This document shows positions 1-9,927 of a stretch of DNA of 64,000 nt, one piece after another. Position 1 is the first letter of the stretch, and every line of letters starts with the position of its first letter. Both the position numbers and the translations under genes were made by a program. Under the pieces are notes generated by a model that was not told the origin of the DNA, searched no databases, and saw only the letters and a program-made list of their open reading frames with translations. Where the stretch lies: the NCBI GenBank assembly GCA_018673925.1, contig JABHBL010000019.1, positions 45,960 to 109,959 on the forward strand, written 5' to 3'. The DNA comes from Fidelibacterota bacterium (GTDB lineage Bacteria > Fidelibacterota > UBA8477 > JABMPR01).

Positions 1-100
1 TGCCTGGCGTATTCTTCAGCGACATCCTAAATATTAAACATAACAGTAACTATTACTATTAACTTGAATTTGGCAGTACTTCGCTTACTTTTATTGGACT

Positions 101-487
101 ATGGAACCAATAAAACAAAGATATAGCCGTCAGCGAGAAACCATCCTTCAGATCGTACAGAGTACGCTCGTACACCCCAATGCTGATTGGGTCTACAAAG
201 AGACCAGAAAATTGATTCCCAACATTAGCCTGGGTACAGTATACAGGAATTTGAACCAACTCGTTGAAAGTGGTCAGATTCTCAAGCTAAAAGATGAAGC
301 CATGGTACGCTACGATGGAAATACAGGGCAACACGATCACTTCAGGTGCTCCAAGTGTGGCAAGTGGTATGATGTGGAGCTGATTGATCAATCCATCTTT
401 AAATCCTTTGCTGAGAAACATGATTTTCGGATTGAGTCTTTTAATCTTGAATTGGAAGGTACCTGTAAGAGCTGTCTCGACTCGTGA
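101..487 (+). CDS. Fur-family metalloregulator (Zur/PerR-like)
   Basis: 128 aa; HDHFRCSKCG plus C-terminal CKSC (two CxxC pairs = structural Zn site); winged-helix N-term typical of the Fur family. Confidence 0.8.
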   Translation: MEPIKQRYSRQRETILQIVQSTLVHPNADWVYKETRKLIPNISLGTVYRNLNQLVESGQILKLKDEAMVRYDGNTGQHDHFRCSKCGKWYDVELIDQSIFKSFAEKHDFRIESFNLELEGTCKSCLDS

Positions 488-504
488 TGAGGACAAAAGT
501 TGAA

Positions 505-537
505 TAAAAAAAAGGAGAGCATGCTCTCCTTTTTTTG
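505..537. terminator. bidirectional intrinsic terminator (perfect palindrome GGAGAGCATGCTCTCC flanked by A-run and T-run)
   Basis: 16 bp perfect hairpin at 514-529 with A8 before and T7 after; lies between convergent genes 101-487(+) and 552-1253(-). Confidence 0.65.
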
Positions 538-551
538 TGTCACATTATATT

Positions 552-1253
552 CTATTGAAACTGGATATTATAGCCTTTACTGGCCCAACCCATAATTCCC
601 ATACGCAAATTCATCACATCCTTATAGCCCTTATCCAAAAGGATCTTGGATGCTGTAGTGCTGCGATTACCTGTGGCACAGTAAATCAAAATTGGTTGAT
701 TCTGATACTGCTCTAATTCACCTGCTCTAGCTTGAAGGTCTTGCAAAGGAATCAATATAGCTCCCTTTATATATCCCCTACTAAATTCATTGGCAGTTCG
801 GACATCTAATAGCAAAGGTGGATTCTTCATTACTATTTTCCAGGCTTCTTCAGCACCCAATTCACGATAGTTGGATTGGCGTAATTCTACGACCTCTATT
901 TCTCCCACCTTATCACCAATTGTAAATTGATAGCTACCCGTTATTTTCATTTTGAAGAAGGGCTGATCCAAGGTGTTGTCTTTAAGAACGACACTTACAC
1001 CCAATTCAGCTATATCGAGGGGATATTCTATCTGGGCTTTACCCTGATCGTCAATGTAGAATTTTACGTAGTCACCGCGGTAAACAACCAGCTTCGTTGA
1101 ATCACTTTTCATACTTATAGGAAGATGGCGATAACCACCCTGAACCTTACCAGACACATCTACAGGAGAACCACTACCTCCACCTGAATTATCACTACAT
1201 GAAAACATCAATACCCCACTCATCAATACTATGCTAATAATTTTAAATTTCAT
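552..1253 (-). CDS. lipoprotein with C-terminal rhodanese (sulfurtransferase) domain
   Basis: signal peptide + Cys lipobox (LMFSCS); C-terminal LLLDVRTANEF...IYCATGNRS rhodanese active-site Cys loop; GGAGG RBS. Confidence 0.75.
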   Translation of the reverse strand: MKFKIISIVLMSGVLMFSCSDNSGGGSGSPVDVSGKVQGGYRHLPISMKSDSTKLVVYRGDYVKFYIDDQGKAQIEYPLDIAELGVSVVLKDNTLDQPFFKMKITGSYQFTIGDKVGEIEVVELRQSNYRELGAEEAWKIVMKNPPLLLDVRTANEFSRGYIKGAILIPLQDLQARAGELEQYQNQPILIYCATGNRSTTASKILLDKGYKDVMNLRMGIMGWASKGYNIQFQ

Positions 1254-1428
1254 CTTTCCTCCTAAAGCTATAGATGCCTTATATATGCAAAGGTGACAAT
1301 ATAAATACTAATTAAATGTTTACTGAATGACTATTGACTTGAGGTTCAGGATTCAGATCCAATATCATCGCCAGGAAAATCCAGTGATAATTATCTGGAC
1401 GATATTCACATCTGATTTGTTGGATATT

Positions 1429-2106
1429 TTAAGTCCTGGAGAGCACTTGCCCAAGCCACGCTTGAATGTGTTCCAGCTCTGATTGGGAAATTTCATGACC
1501 CATAGCATATTCATGATGTTCCAGGTCTGCAATGGGATCCCAAAATGAAACAATCTGACGACCAAATTCTATCGGAATGACATTGTCAAGGGTACCGTGA
1601 CCTGCAAAAACTGGGAGACCATTAAATCTTGTAGTATCACCGGAAAGCTCAACCATATCTTCAGGCAATCTGCCACTCATGATGAGCAAGGCTCGTAGGA
1701 GTTCTGGTTTTTGCAGACTTATCAGATTTGAAATAGTTGCCCCCTGGCTAAATCCAGCCAGGATTATCTGTTTTTCTTGGATAATCCCATCCAGTTGCAT
1801 TTTGCTAAGAATATCAATCACGCCCAGGGTGCTCACTTTTGCCTGATCAATGTTAAATCTAAGGCTGCCATCAGAGAGCATATCAATATCAAACCATGAG
1901 GCACCACCATAAGGAGTTAGACCACTGCCCCGGATGCTCAGCACCTGGATATCAGGGTCAAAGTAAGATGCCAGACCCATGAGATCATACTCATCCGCCC
2001 CATAGCCATGCAATAGCACTAGTGTGGCTCTAACCTGCTTCAAATCTCGAGCAGGTCGATGTAGGACACTTCTATCATTAATATCTAGCTGTTCAATATT
2101 ATTCAT
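1429..2106 (-). CDS. phospholipase/carboxylesterase-family alpha/beta hydrolase
   Basis: LLHGYGADEYDL, GFSQGA (GxSxG nucleophile elbow), catalytic His near C-terminus. Confidence 0.7.
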   Translation of the reverse strand: MNNIEQLDINDRSVLHRPARDLKQVRATLVLLHGYGADEYDLMGLASYFDPDIQVLSIRGSGLTPYGGASWFDIDMLSDGSLRFNIDQAKVSTLGVIDILSKMQLDGIIQEKQIILAGFSQGATISNLISLQKPELLRALLIMSGRLPEDMVELSGDTTRFNGLPVFAGHGTLDNVIPIEFGRQIVSFWDPIADLEHHEYAMGHEISQSELEHIQAWLGQVLSRT

Positions 2107-2180
2107 AATTGGATTGCGGTTTCAGTGATGTATGGTTTGAACCAAGCGGGGATGTGACTCCCCGCCTGAAAGTTGAATAT

Positions 2181-3812
2181 CTACTCGCTATCCATAAAAG
2201 GATATGGAAATTCTGTTGGTGGCAAGAAATTTTCTTTGATGGTTCGTTGAGATATCCAACGGATCAAGTTAAAGATTGACCCTGCCTTGTCGTTGGTTCC
2301 AGATGCTCGACTTCCACCAAAAGGCTGTTGCCCAACTACTGCGCCGGTGGGTTTGTCATTGATATAGAAATTACCCGCACTGTGACGCAATTTTTCAAGC
2401 GCGAGCTCTACTGCATCCCTGTCTTTGGCCAATACTGCACCGGTTAGAGCGTAAGGGCTGGTTCCATCTACAATATCCAGGATATCATCCCAACTTTCGT
2501 CATACACATAAATGGTAACCACAGGACCAAAGATTTCCTCTTCCATGGTTTTAAAATGAGGATCAGTTGTGACAATAGTGGTCGGCTCAATAAAGAAACC
2601 AACAGAATCATCATAATTACCGCCTGTAATTATTTCTGCATCCTTATGCGAGCTTGCATAGTCGATGTATGCAGTGATATCAGAGAAGGCTCCCTTATCA
2701 ATAACTGCATTCATGAAATTGCCAAAGTCTTCAACATCGCCAACTTTTATTCTGGCAACTTCGGAGATATAGCTCTCTTTGAAATCAGCCCACATGGAAC
2801 GAGGGATGTAAACTCTCGAAGCAGCTGAACATTTCTGACCTTGATATTCGAAAGCTCCTCGAATCACGGCGGTTCGCAATACTTCCATCTCTGTGGATTC
2901 ATGGGCGACGATGAAGTCTTTCCCACCAGTCTCCCCCACAATACGAGGATAGGTTTTATACTTAGCGATGTTGTTGCCAATTGTTTTCCACATGTTTTGA
3001 AAAACAGCAGTAGAACCTGTAAAGTGAATCCCGGCGAGATGTTCACTCTCAATAACCTGGGGACCTACAACCGAGCCCTTGCCAGGAATGAAGTTTATCA
3101 CGCCATCTGGTAATCCAGCTTCCTCAAACATCTTCATCAGGAAATAGCCTGAATACACTGCGGATGAGGCTGGTTTCCAGAGTGCCACATTTCCCATCAG
3201 AGCTGGTGCAGTGGGTAAGTTTCCTGCAATTGACGTAAAATTAAAGGGTGTAACAGCAAATACAAATCCCTCGAGGGAACGATGTTCAACTTGATTCCAC
3301 ATTCCGTCGGGTGAATAACCAGGCTGTTGAGCATAGATTTCCTGCAAATATTCCGCATTGAAATTAAAGAAGTCAATCAGTTCGCAAGCTGAATCAATTT
3401 CAGCTTGAAAGGCATTCTTACTTTGTCCAAGCATGGTGGCTGCATTAAGAATGTGACGATAAGGACCCGCCAATAAGACTGCCATTTTCTTGAAGATGGC
3501 TACACGTGATTCCCAGGGCATAACCGACCAGGTTTTCCAGGCTTCCTGTGAGGCTTCGATAGCCTGAGCAATTTCTTTGCTGCCTGCCATGTGGTATTTT
3601 GCCAGGACATGTTTATGATTGTGGGGCATCACATTGGTTGATGTTTCACCTGTGAATATCTCTTTGCCGCTTATGATGACAGGGATTTCCACAACCTCTG
3701 ACTTCATTTTATTTAGTATGCTTAATAGTTCTACTTTTTCCGGCGAACCAGGTTTGTACTCTAATATTGGCTCATTGACTGCTTTTGGGACTCGGACTAT
3801 TTTATCAGCCAT
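2181..3812 (-). CDS. 1-pyrroline-5-carboxylate (L-glutamate gamma-semialdehyde) dehydrogenase, aldehyde dehydrogenase family
   Basis: 543 aa; ALDH catalytic region FEYQGQKCSAASR (Cys nucleophile) and ETGGKD; length and N-terminus typical of RocA/PruA-type P5CDH. Confidence 0.75.
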   Translation of the reverse strand: MADKIVRVPKAVNEPILEYKPGSPEKVELLSILNKMKSEVVEIPVIISGKEIFTGETSTNVMPHNHKHVLAKYHMAGSKEIAQAIEASQEAWKTWSVMPWESRVAIFKKMAVLLAGPYRHILNAATMLGQSKNAFQAEIDSACELIDFFNFNAEYLQEIYAQQPGYSPDGMWNQVEHRSLEGFVFAVTPFNFTSIAGNLPTAPALMGNVALWKPASSAVYSGYFLMKMFEEAGLPDGVINFIPGKGSVVGPQVIESEHLAGIHFTGSTAVFQNMWKTIGNNIAKYKTYPRIVGETGGKDFIVAHESTEMEVLRTAVIRGAFEYQGQKCSAASRVYIPRSMWADFKESYISEVARIKVGDVEDFGNFMNAVIDKGAFSDITAYIDYASSHKDAEIITGGNYDDSVGFFIEPTTIVTTDPHFKTMEEEIFGPVVTIYVYDESWDDILDIVDGTSPYALTGAVLAKDRDAVELALEKLRHSAGNFYINDKPTGAVVGQQPFGGSRASGTNDKAGSIFNLIRWISQRTIKENFLPPTEFPYPFMDSE

Positions 3813-3920
3813 CTTTTACTCCTCATTACATCGTACATTTAATAATTTCCAAAATATCATCGAATATTTTGACTTGATATTCGCAAAGCAAATTCCAATC
3901 CAATCTACACCGAGATGATA

Positions 3921-4151
3921 TCAGATTTCCTCAGATAAGTATATTTTGTAGTAGAAATCCAGATCTGCTGGATCGGCAAAGATACCAATGACCTCATCTT
4001 GATAGCTCTGTCCCAAAGGCACATTTGATCTGATAAACAACTCGCCCTTATCATTTCGAAAAAGACCTGATCTTGAACTATTTAATTCTTTTCGAAGTTC
4101 AGCATCGAAGGTCTTTATCAGCCTGGCAACATCACGCATAGAATTTGTCAT
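3921..4151 (-). CDS. hypothetical protein (76 aa from internal ATG; ATGA-coupled to upstream ORF)
   Basis: ORF track gives 104 aa, but Met29 ATG overlaps the stop of 4148-4384 as ATGA; no recognisable family. Confidence 0.3.
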   Translation of the reverse strand: MTNSMRDVARLIKTFDAELRKELNSSRSGLFRNDKGELFIRSNVPLGQSYQDEVIGIFADPADLDFYYKIYLSEEI

Positions 4152-4384
4152 GAATCTTTGTCCTGGCCATTTCGAGTGATAATTTCTCTTAAATCTGACA
4201 GATGGCCATCCAGTTTTTCTGTATGATTCTGCCACTGACTTCGATCCCCACCGTGTCCTGATTTGGCAGGATCGCGAATTTCACTCTGGAGAATACTGAG
4301 GAATCCACGAACTCGATCTAGATTTCGTACAATTCTATCCCCAATTTCCTGTGGAGAGGGGGGTATTGATTTCCTGCCTGGCAC
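4148..4384 (-). CDS. hypothetical protein (78 aa)
   Basis: ORF only; stop overlaps the start of the next ORF (ATGA); starts MPGRK like the upstream 132-aa ORF. Confidence 0.3.
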   Translation of the reverse strand: MPGRKSIPPSPQEIGDRIVRNLDRVRGFLSILQSEIRDPAKSGHGGDRSQWQNHTEKLDGHLSDLREIITRNGQDKDS

Positions 4385-4398
4385 TAAAAGATTTTTAT

Positions 4399-4797
4399 TT
4401 AGTCGTGTGTAATACGTTTTCGCATGCGGGCAATAATATCCTGGTCTTCTTCCTCTTGATCTTCGAAAGACTTCTCAGGATCTTCGTCACCCTCTAGGAC
4501 TTCGTCTTCAGATGAATCGGACTTTTCAGAACTTTCTTCTGGAGTATCTTCCTCAAAGATTTTGCCAGCTGTGAGCTTACCAATTAAACCGCTCACTTCA
4601 CCGTTGAAGTCTTCAACTGTTTTCTCTAGACGTTTGAGGAGCTCGTCCATTAGATCTTGTCCATAGATACTATTGATGCCATCCAGCATATCATTTAGCT
4701 GGCCTTTCAAAAACGTCATACGACTTTCTGAATTATCAAAATCAACAGGTTCCTCAACGCTCTTAGCTTCTTGAGGTTTTTCGTCTTTTCCCGGCAT
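4399..4797 (-). CDS. hypothetical acidic protein (132 aa, Glu/Asp/Ser-rich C-terminus)
   Basis: ORF; strongly acidic low-complexity tail (EESSEKSDSSEDEVLEGDEDPEKSFEDQEEEDQD); no family recognised. Confidence 0.35.
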   Translation of the reverse strand: MPGKDEKPQEAKSVEEPVDFDNSESRMTFLKGQLNDMLDGINSIYGQDLMDELLKRLEKTVEDFNGEVSGLIGKLTAGKIFEEDTPEESSEKSDSSEDEVLEGDEDPEKSFEDQEEEDQDIIARMRKRITHD

Positions 4798-4915
4798 TCT
4801 GCACTCCTGTGATATTATTCTTAATAAAATGTTACGTCAAAATTCGCTTATCGGCATAGGCCCTTAAACTAGAATGAATCCCCTCCTCAGGCAATTATTA
4901 CATCTGAGGATATAA

Positions 4916-5698
4916 TCAATTCCGGGGAGGTCTTCTTAGATAAACACCTTCTAATTCTATATGTCCTTCAACCGTCTCCATGCCTTCCTTGGAAGAAAGG
5001 AGTGAATAATTAAGATTGGTGATTGCATCAGCATTTTCCTGGAGGCATAGATACAGCATGGATCTAAATAGATCTTCAAGAGTCGCCTCATCATTTCCCA
5101 CAATTTTGATATAGCCACTCTCGATAAATGCTTGATTCGCTTTGGGAATATATAGAACAGGGAAATTATTTGATCTTCGAAGTGGCTTAGGCTTCCAGGG
5201 AGTGACAATATGATCGACAATAACATCTTGAATTAGCTTTGGTTCAAATTTGCGGTTCTTGGTGATAAATTTTAATAGAGGGACTTGTACTGGATTGGTA
5301 TCTGGATTTTCAGCTGGAAATGCCGCTAGTCCCGCTGGACCAAATGAGGCACCAATATAGTAGCTTAGCTTATCACCATTCATATAGGCTGCGGGGATAT
5401 CGCAGTACCAGGCACCACTTTCTTCATAAAAAGTTAGTTCCTGATAGACCATTTTACCCTGCTCTCGAATGAAGAGTTTGACAAAATCAGGATCAGCAAG
5501 GTAGTGAGGCAAAATGACTTCCAGCTGTCCAGGGACCCCCTGGAGAAAATGATCAGGTGGATTATGGTAAATCTCAAATGAAAACCCCTGAGAACAGGAA
5601 CCAAGCAGGAGAAAGGCTACTACAATGGCTCTAGTTATCACTGAATTGAATTCCCGCAGTGGATAAATATTGATAAAGTCTGAAGTTATAATCATCAA
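4916..5698 (-). CDS. hypothetical lipoprotein
   Basis: hydrophobic segment ending in LLLGSCSQ (lipobox) about 20 aa into the ORF; true start probably downstream of the annotated Met (68 nt overlap with the upstream ORF otherwise). Confidence 0.4.
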   Translation of the reverse strand: MMIITSDFINIYPLREFNSVITRAIVVAFLLLGSCSQGFSFEIYHNPPDHFLQGVPGQLEVILPHYLADPDFVKLFIREQGKMVYQELTFYEESGAWYCDIPAAYMNGDKLSYYIGASFGPAGLAAFPAENPDTNPVQVPLLKFITKNRKFEPKLIQDVIVDHIVTPWKPKPLRRSNNFPVLYIPKANQAFIESGYIKIVGNDEATLEDLFRSMLYLCLQENADAITNLNYSLLSSKEGMETVEGHIELEGVYLRRPPRN

Positions 5699-6233
5699 CC
5701 AGTCTCTCTATCCTGGCAGCACTAATCAGTGTCTGTAAATAATACTGTTCTCGTAGTGCTTGTATTTCATACTGCCTACTCTCAAAGTAGCGTACTCCAC
5801 CAATCATGATAGCAGCATAACCGGGTATTTGATAAACCCACCCCTTACTCCATATAATTGCCAGATAGGTAACACCACCAATTGAGCTGATCATTGAAAA
5901 GACGCGCCTTGAGCGAAAGTCCTTCAAGAATCCAGCTTCCCTGGCTAGATGTTCCTCATAATCGACCAGGACACTTTCCTGACCCAGAAGATGCAATGAT
6001 TGTGAAAAACTCAGTGCTTCAGTGCCTCGATACAATTGCCAGGAGGAATCGGAAAACACTTCAAGTTTCAAGCTACTGCGTTGAAAAGCATCTGGCACTT
6101 TCAGTTTCAATAATTGGCTGTCAAATTCTGGATAAACTGTCAAGCTATCAACCTGACCAAATCCAGCTGTCATAAGGAATAGAAGCAGGGTCAGACACTT
6201 CAGATGGATTTTAGTGGAAATTATGCTGTTCAT
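5631..6233 (-). CDS. hypothetical secreted/membrane protein
   Basis: N-terminal signal peptide (LLLFLMTAGFG) and two C-terminal hydrophobic helices; no family recognised. Confidence 0.4.
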   Translation of the reverse strand: MNSIISTKIHLKCLTLLLFLMTAGFGQVDSLTVYPEFDSQLLKLKVPDAFQRSSLKLEVFSDSSWQLYRGTEALSFSQSLHLLGQESVLVDYEEHLAREAGFLKDFRSRRVFSMISSIGGVTYLAIIWSKGWVYQIPGYAAIMIGGVRYFESRQYEIQALREQYYLQTLISAARIERLVDDYNFRLYQYLSTAGIQFSDN

Positions 6234-6407
6234 TTCGGGCTGAATTTAGTCAATTTTCGCGGGGCTAATAATGCTTTTATGATCAATTGATCTTTGTCTG
6301 TTTCAACTTCTCGGGAAACAGAAAATAGCTAACTCGATGTCATGGTTTGTTTTACCTTACTCCACGTAGCCCAACAAAAAACACAGCATATCTAAAGGAA
6401 CGCCTCC

Positions 6408-7841
6408 ATGGACCCTGTCACTCTAGGATTTATACTCTATCTCATGCTTATTCTGGGAGTCGGATTTTATACTGCTCACCTCACCAAATCCATGAAGGAC
6501 TTTGCGTTGGGTGGTCAACGTCTGGGACCCTGGGTCATCGCCTTCTCAGAGAGGGCTTCCGGGGAATCAGCCTGGTTAATTCTGGGGTTACCAGGGGCCG
6601 CATTGGTGGCAGGGTTACTAGAATTGTGGACAGTTGTGGGCTGCATTTCCGGGATCATTTTTTCTTGGTTCTTTATCGCCAAGCGTCTGAGAGAAGCGAC
6701 AGAAGAATTTAACGCTATAACCTTGCCTGAGTTATTTGCGAAACGTTTTGGGGATGAGCGAGGTATACTCAGAATTCTGGCTTCCCTGATCATCACCTTC
6801 TTTTTCACCTTTTATGTAGCAGCCCAGTTTTCTGGTGCTGGAAAAGTATTAAACGTCACTTTTGGTATCACGCACATGCAAGGCATGCTTATCGGTGCCG
6901 TCATCATTGTGTTTTACACCCTAATGGGTGGTTTTCTGGCTGTGGCCTGGACAGATATGGTGCAAGGCGTTATCATGATAGGCACCCTGGTCATATTGCC
7001 TCTGGTGGCATTTATTGAAATTAATGCACTCCAACAAGTTGATTTTCATTTCAATGGAGCCAGCCTGTTCGCAGGAAAGGCGGGCATGGCGGCTTTGGCA
7101 GCCGCCATTGGCGGGCTGAGCTGGGGATTGGGCTACATGGGGCAACCTCATCTTGTTACGCGGTTTATGGCAATCGACAAAGCCTCGAACATCAAAATCA
7201 GCCGCCGCATCGCCATTTCATGGGCTGTGCCCGCCTTTTTTGGAAGCATGTTTATTGGGCTCACTGGATATTTTCTACTCCAGGCTGGCAGTATGAGTTT
7301 TGAAGGTCAACAGTTAACGGCCGTTGCCTCCTTGAGTGATCCAGAAAAGTTGATGCCCATTATGGCTCAAAATCTTTTGCATCCCTGGGTTGCGGGAATT
7401 TTTATATCTGGTGCTATTGCTGCCATGATGTCAACTGCAGATAGTCAGTTACTGGTTTCTACTACGGTCCTCACCGAGGATCTCATAGGCAACTATTTTC
7501 AGAAACTGAAAAATCGCTTCGACTTGCTCACCATTGGGCGTGTACTTACCATAATGATCGGATTATTAGCTTTTTATCTGGCCTGGCAATCTACCAATCT
7601 TGTGTTTGAAACGGTAAGCTATGCCTGGGGTGGACTTGGAGCATCCTTTGGACCGGCACTCCTGTTGACACTTTGGTGGAAGCGAATCAGTCGGGTAGGT
7701 GTTATTGCAGGAATGATTACTGGAACGCTATTTACTGTTATGGATCTATTCGGTGATTGGGTAAGCGTTCGATTTTCAGCATTTATTATTGCCTTTATCG
7801 CTGTCTATCTTTTTTCAATTCTCAAACCGGATGAGACCTGA
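6408..7841 (+). CDS. sodium:solute symporter family transporter (PutP/PanF-like)
   Basis: 477 aa polytopic membrane protein; SSS-family N-terminus (GGQRLGPWVIAFSERASGESAWLILGLPG). Confidence 0.8.
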   Translation: MDPVTLGFILYLMLILGVGFYTAHLTKSMKDFALGGQRLGPWVIAFSERASGESAWLILGLPGAALVAGLLELWTVVGCISGIIFSWFFIAKRLREATEEFNAITLPELFAKRFGDERGILRILASLIITFFFTFYVAAQFSGAGKVLNVTFGITHMQGMLIGAVIIVFYTLMGGFLAVAWTDMVQGVIMIGTLVILPLVAFIEINALQQVDFHFNGASLFAGKAGMAALAAAIGGLSWGLGYMGQPHLVTRFMAIDKASNIKISRRIAISWAVPAFFGSMFIGLTGYFLLQAGSMSFEGQQLTAVASLSDPEKLMPIMAQNLLHPWVAGIFISGAIAAMMSTADSQLLVSTTVLTEDLIGNYFQKLKNRFDLLTIGRVLTIMIGLLAFYLAWQSTNLVFETVSYAWGGLGASFGPALLLTLWWKRISRVGVIAGMITGTLFTVMDLFGDWVSVRFSAFIIAFIAVYLFSILKPDET

Positions 7842-7862
7842 GAATAAATTTCGGCTCAATAT

Positions 7863-9143
7863 CTAGCGGGCATATATCTTCAGTGAATTGCTCAGGGAGT
7901 TGGCCAGATCAGTGGCTGCTTGGCTCACCATTTCTCCACCAACAGGAGCCACGGTTTCACCCTTCCTGGCAAGTCGTGCAGTACGTGAATTGAGCGCTCG
8001 GGAGTCTCCTTTTATAACTGCCCACTCAGTAGAAAAATTTGATTTTCCTTCAAAAGCTTCACTTTTAATAACTTTTGATGTGCGTACATCCACAATCCTG
8101 TAGGATCCCTTGATCACTGCCTTAGTCGTGCGGGTATAGTGTCTGACCTTCGCCTCAACGTCAGCGTAAATATTGCGAGTCTTGGTCTTACCCTCTTTAT
8201 TTTTGTACTTTTCAGTATCAACAACTACCCGCTTTGCTTCTTTGTATTCTCTATTCACAGTCTGTACCGGGGTATAAATAATCTGTGTTATTTTTCCCGT
8301 TAATATTTCATGGACACCCAGTAGGGCTCCTACTTCCATGGCGGTTTCTTCATTCACCATGCCGGAGAGTCCCAACTTTTGCTCAGCAATTACACGATCC
8401 AATTGATCACGACTGATAAGCTCCAGAAATTCCGTAGCCGAAGGATCTTTCATGACCGAGGTCACCATTTGATCCACCACCAACTCTTCGATGGCTCCAT
8501 ACCTTTTATTCTTACCACTTAAATCTTCAAAGGGGAATACAGCGATTCTTTTTACGCCAGCTTGCCTGGTTGCCTCATACCTGGATTCAGAATCCTTATA
8601 TCCTGGAACAAAGCTGAAAGCTTTTTTGAATTGTTTTGCTGCGGCTTTTTGCTGGGATAAATCAAGTGAGAGGGAGAGGGCTGCACCGGCAGCATAATGA
8701 GATTCAGCTGCCAATTGTTTTGCCTCGGCAAGCTGATCTGAATAATCAACTATTTCCAGTTCCAGGAGTACTCCAGTTTTAGGATGGCGAACTGGAGGCA
8801 AATTCTTGACAGCATCGTGAAGATTCACTAAGCTCTGGTATTCACGAGCTAGACCATCATATCTGAAGTCATCAGAGCTGGATTCCAACTCAGAAATTCT
8901 ATTTTCATGAACGCGATTTGCCATTAGAAAAGCATCCGCCATAAGAATCTGGCTTTTGTCATAATCCTGACTCATTTGAAGGCTCCGCGCCAACACAAAA
9001 ACGGCTGCATCATAATCTGCCCGGCCATATGAATCGCGTGCACTTCTTTCCAGCTTCGCATGTTCACTAAAATATGTACAGGAGATTGTACTCAACAATA
9101 CAACCAAAATTCCAAGTTTATAAATACTCCGCCCTGCTTTCAT
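7863..9143 (-). CDS. lipoprotein with CsgG/LpoB-like C-terminal domain
   Basis: lipobox LSTISC; C-terminal IAVFPFEDLSG...LISRDQLDRVIAEQKLGLSGMVNEETAMEVGALLGVHEILTGKI matches the CsgG/LpoB pattern (IAVLPFEN...ILKEQ...SG..D...A.ELGK.LGA). Confidence 0.5.
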   Translation of the reverse strand: MKAGRSIYKLGILVVLLSTISCTYFSEHAKLERSARDSYGRADYDAAVFVLARSLQMSQDYDKSQILMADAFLMANRVHENRISELESSSDDFRYDGLAREYQSLVNLHDAVKNLPPVRHPKTGVLLELEIVDYSDQLAEAKQLAAESHYAAGAALSLSLDLSQQKAAAKQFKKAFSFVPGYKDSESRYEATRQAGVKRIAVFPFEDLSGKNKRYGAIEELVVDQMVTSVMKDPSATEFLELISRDQLDRVIAEQKLGLSGMVNEETAMEVGALLGVHEILTGKITQIIYTPVQTVNREYKEAKRVVVDTEKYKNKEGKTKTRNIYADVEAKVRHYTRTTKAVIKGSYRIVDVRTSKVIKSEAFEGKSNFSTEWAVIKGDSRALNSRTARLARKGETVAPVGGEMVSQAATDLANSLSNSLKIYAR

Positions 9144-9381
9144 AGCTGATCTCCTAACTGTGTCATGCCTACCCTACGAATCCTTACAGATAAACAATAT
9201 AAATGAGTCACCCCAATATTTATATACTATTGACGATTTTCCTTCAATTATTCTAATATAAATCATTGACATGAGCCCTATTGACTACTATTTTTATCAT
9301 GATTTTACAGGGACATCGGTCTGGTCGTATTCCCCCGCTTCCGGATTTTAGTTGTCCCTGTTTCTTTTTCTAAAAGAAACC

Positions 9382-9412
9382 AAAAAAAAGCGACCAAGGT
9401 CGCTTTTTTTTA
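9382..9412. terminator. bidirectional intrinsic terminator (GCGACCAAGGTCGC flanked by A8/T8)
   Basis: hairpin 9390-9403 with A-run upstream and T-run downstream; immediately after the stop of the minus-strand STAS gene. Confidence 0.6.
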
Positions 9413-9429
9413 TCCCACAAATGTTGCAT

Positions 9430-9765
9430 TTATTTTTTTAAAGCAGTCTCCTCGTCATCAACGATGGTAAATACATCATCCAACTTGGATATCTTGATGA
9501 GGGAAGCGATTTTCTGCTGCGGTTTCACCAGGAAACACTCCCCACCCTTAATCGTTGCCTGGCGTTTGGCAAAGAGTAATCCGCCCAGACCTGTACTGTC
9601 AACCATTCTGACATTTTCCATGTTGATGATAATATTCTTGAAGTCTGCTTCAGCAATCGCCATGAAAATATCACGCTTAAATGCCTTCACTCCACGAATG
9701 TCAAAAGTTGTATTTTGAACTCTCACAATGAGAGTATCATTTTTAAATTCTGTCTCAAATTTCAT
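9430..9765 (-). CDS. STAS-domain anti-sigma-factor antagonist (SpoIIAA/RsbV-like)
   Basis: 111 aa; ...VDSTGLGGLL... conserved phosphorylatable Ser/Thr region of anti-anti-sigma factors. Confidence 0.75.
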   Translation of the reverse strand: MKFETEFKNDTLIVRVQNTTFDIRGVKAFKRDIFMAIAEADFKNIIINMENVRMVDSTGLGGLLFAKRQATIKGGECFLVKPQQKIASLIKISKLDDVFTIVDDEETALKK

Positions 9766-9927
9766 TTAATGGGATTCCCAATTGCACAAAAATATTTAGT
9801 GCTTTTAACTCTATTAGATGTCTTAAAACCATCAAGACCAATTCCGAGCTCAATAACCGTAAGCCTGAATATATTCGGTGTTCTTTGGGAGGGCAAGGTC
9901 ATAACGGCACTATTCTGAAATAAAATA

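Noticed and set aside
552-1253. Selenocysteine in the rhodanese active site
   Set aside because: Active-site residue is encoded as Cys (CATGNRS) with no in-frame TGA.
2556-3113. ORFs 2556-2828(+), 2841-3113(+), 2864-3052(-) inside the P5C dehydrogenase gene
   Set aside because: Antisense or alternate-frame ORFs fully embedded in a well-supported 543 aa ALDH gene; no motifs, low-complexity translations.
9715-9918. 67 aa ORF upstream of and in frame with the acyltransferase fusion
   Set aside because: Overlaps the STAS gene on the other strand, has no RBS, and is separated from the downstream gene by a stop; considered as a possible recoding event but there is no supporting hairpin or homology.
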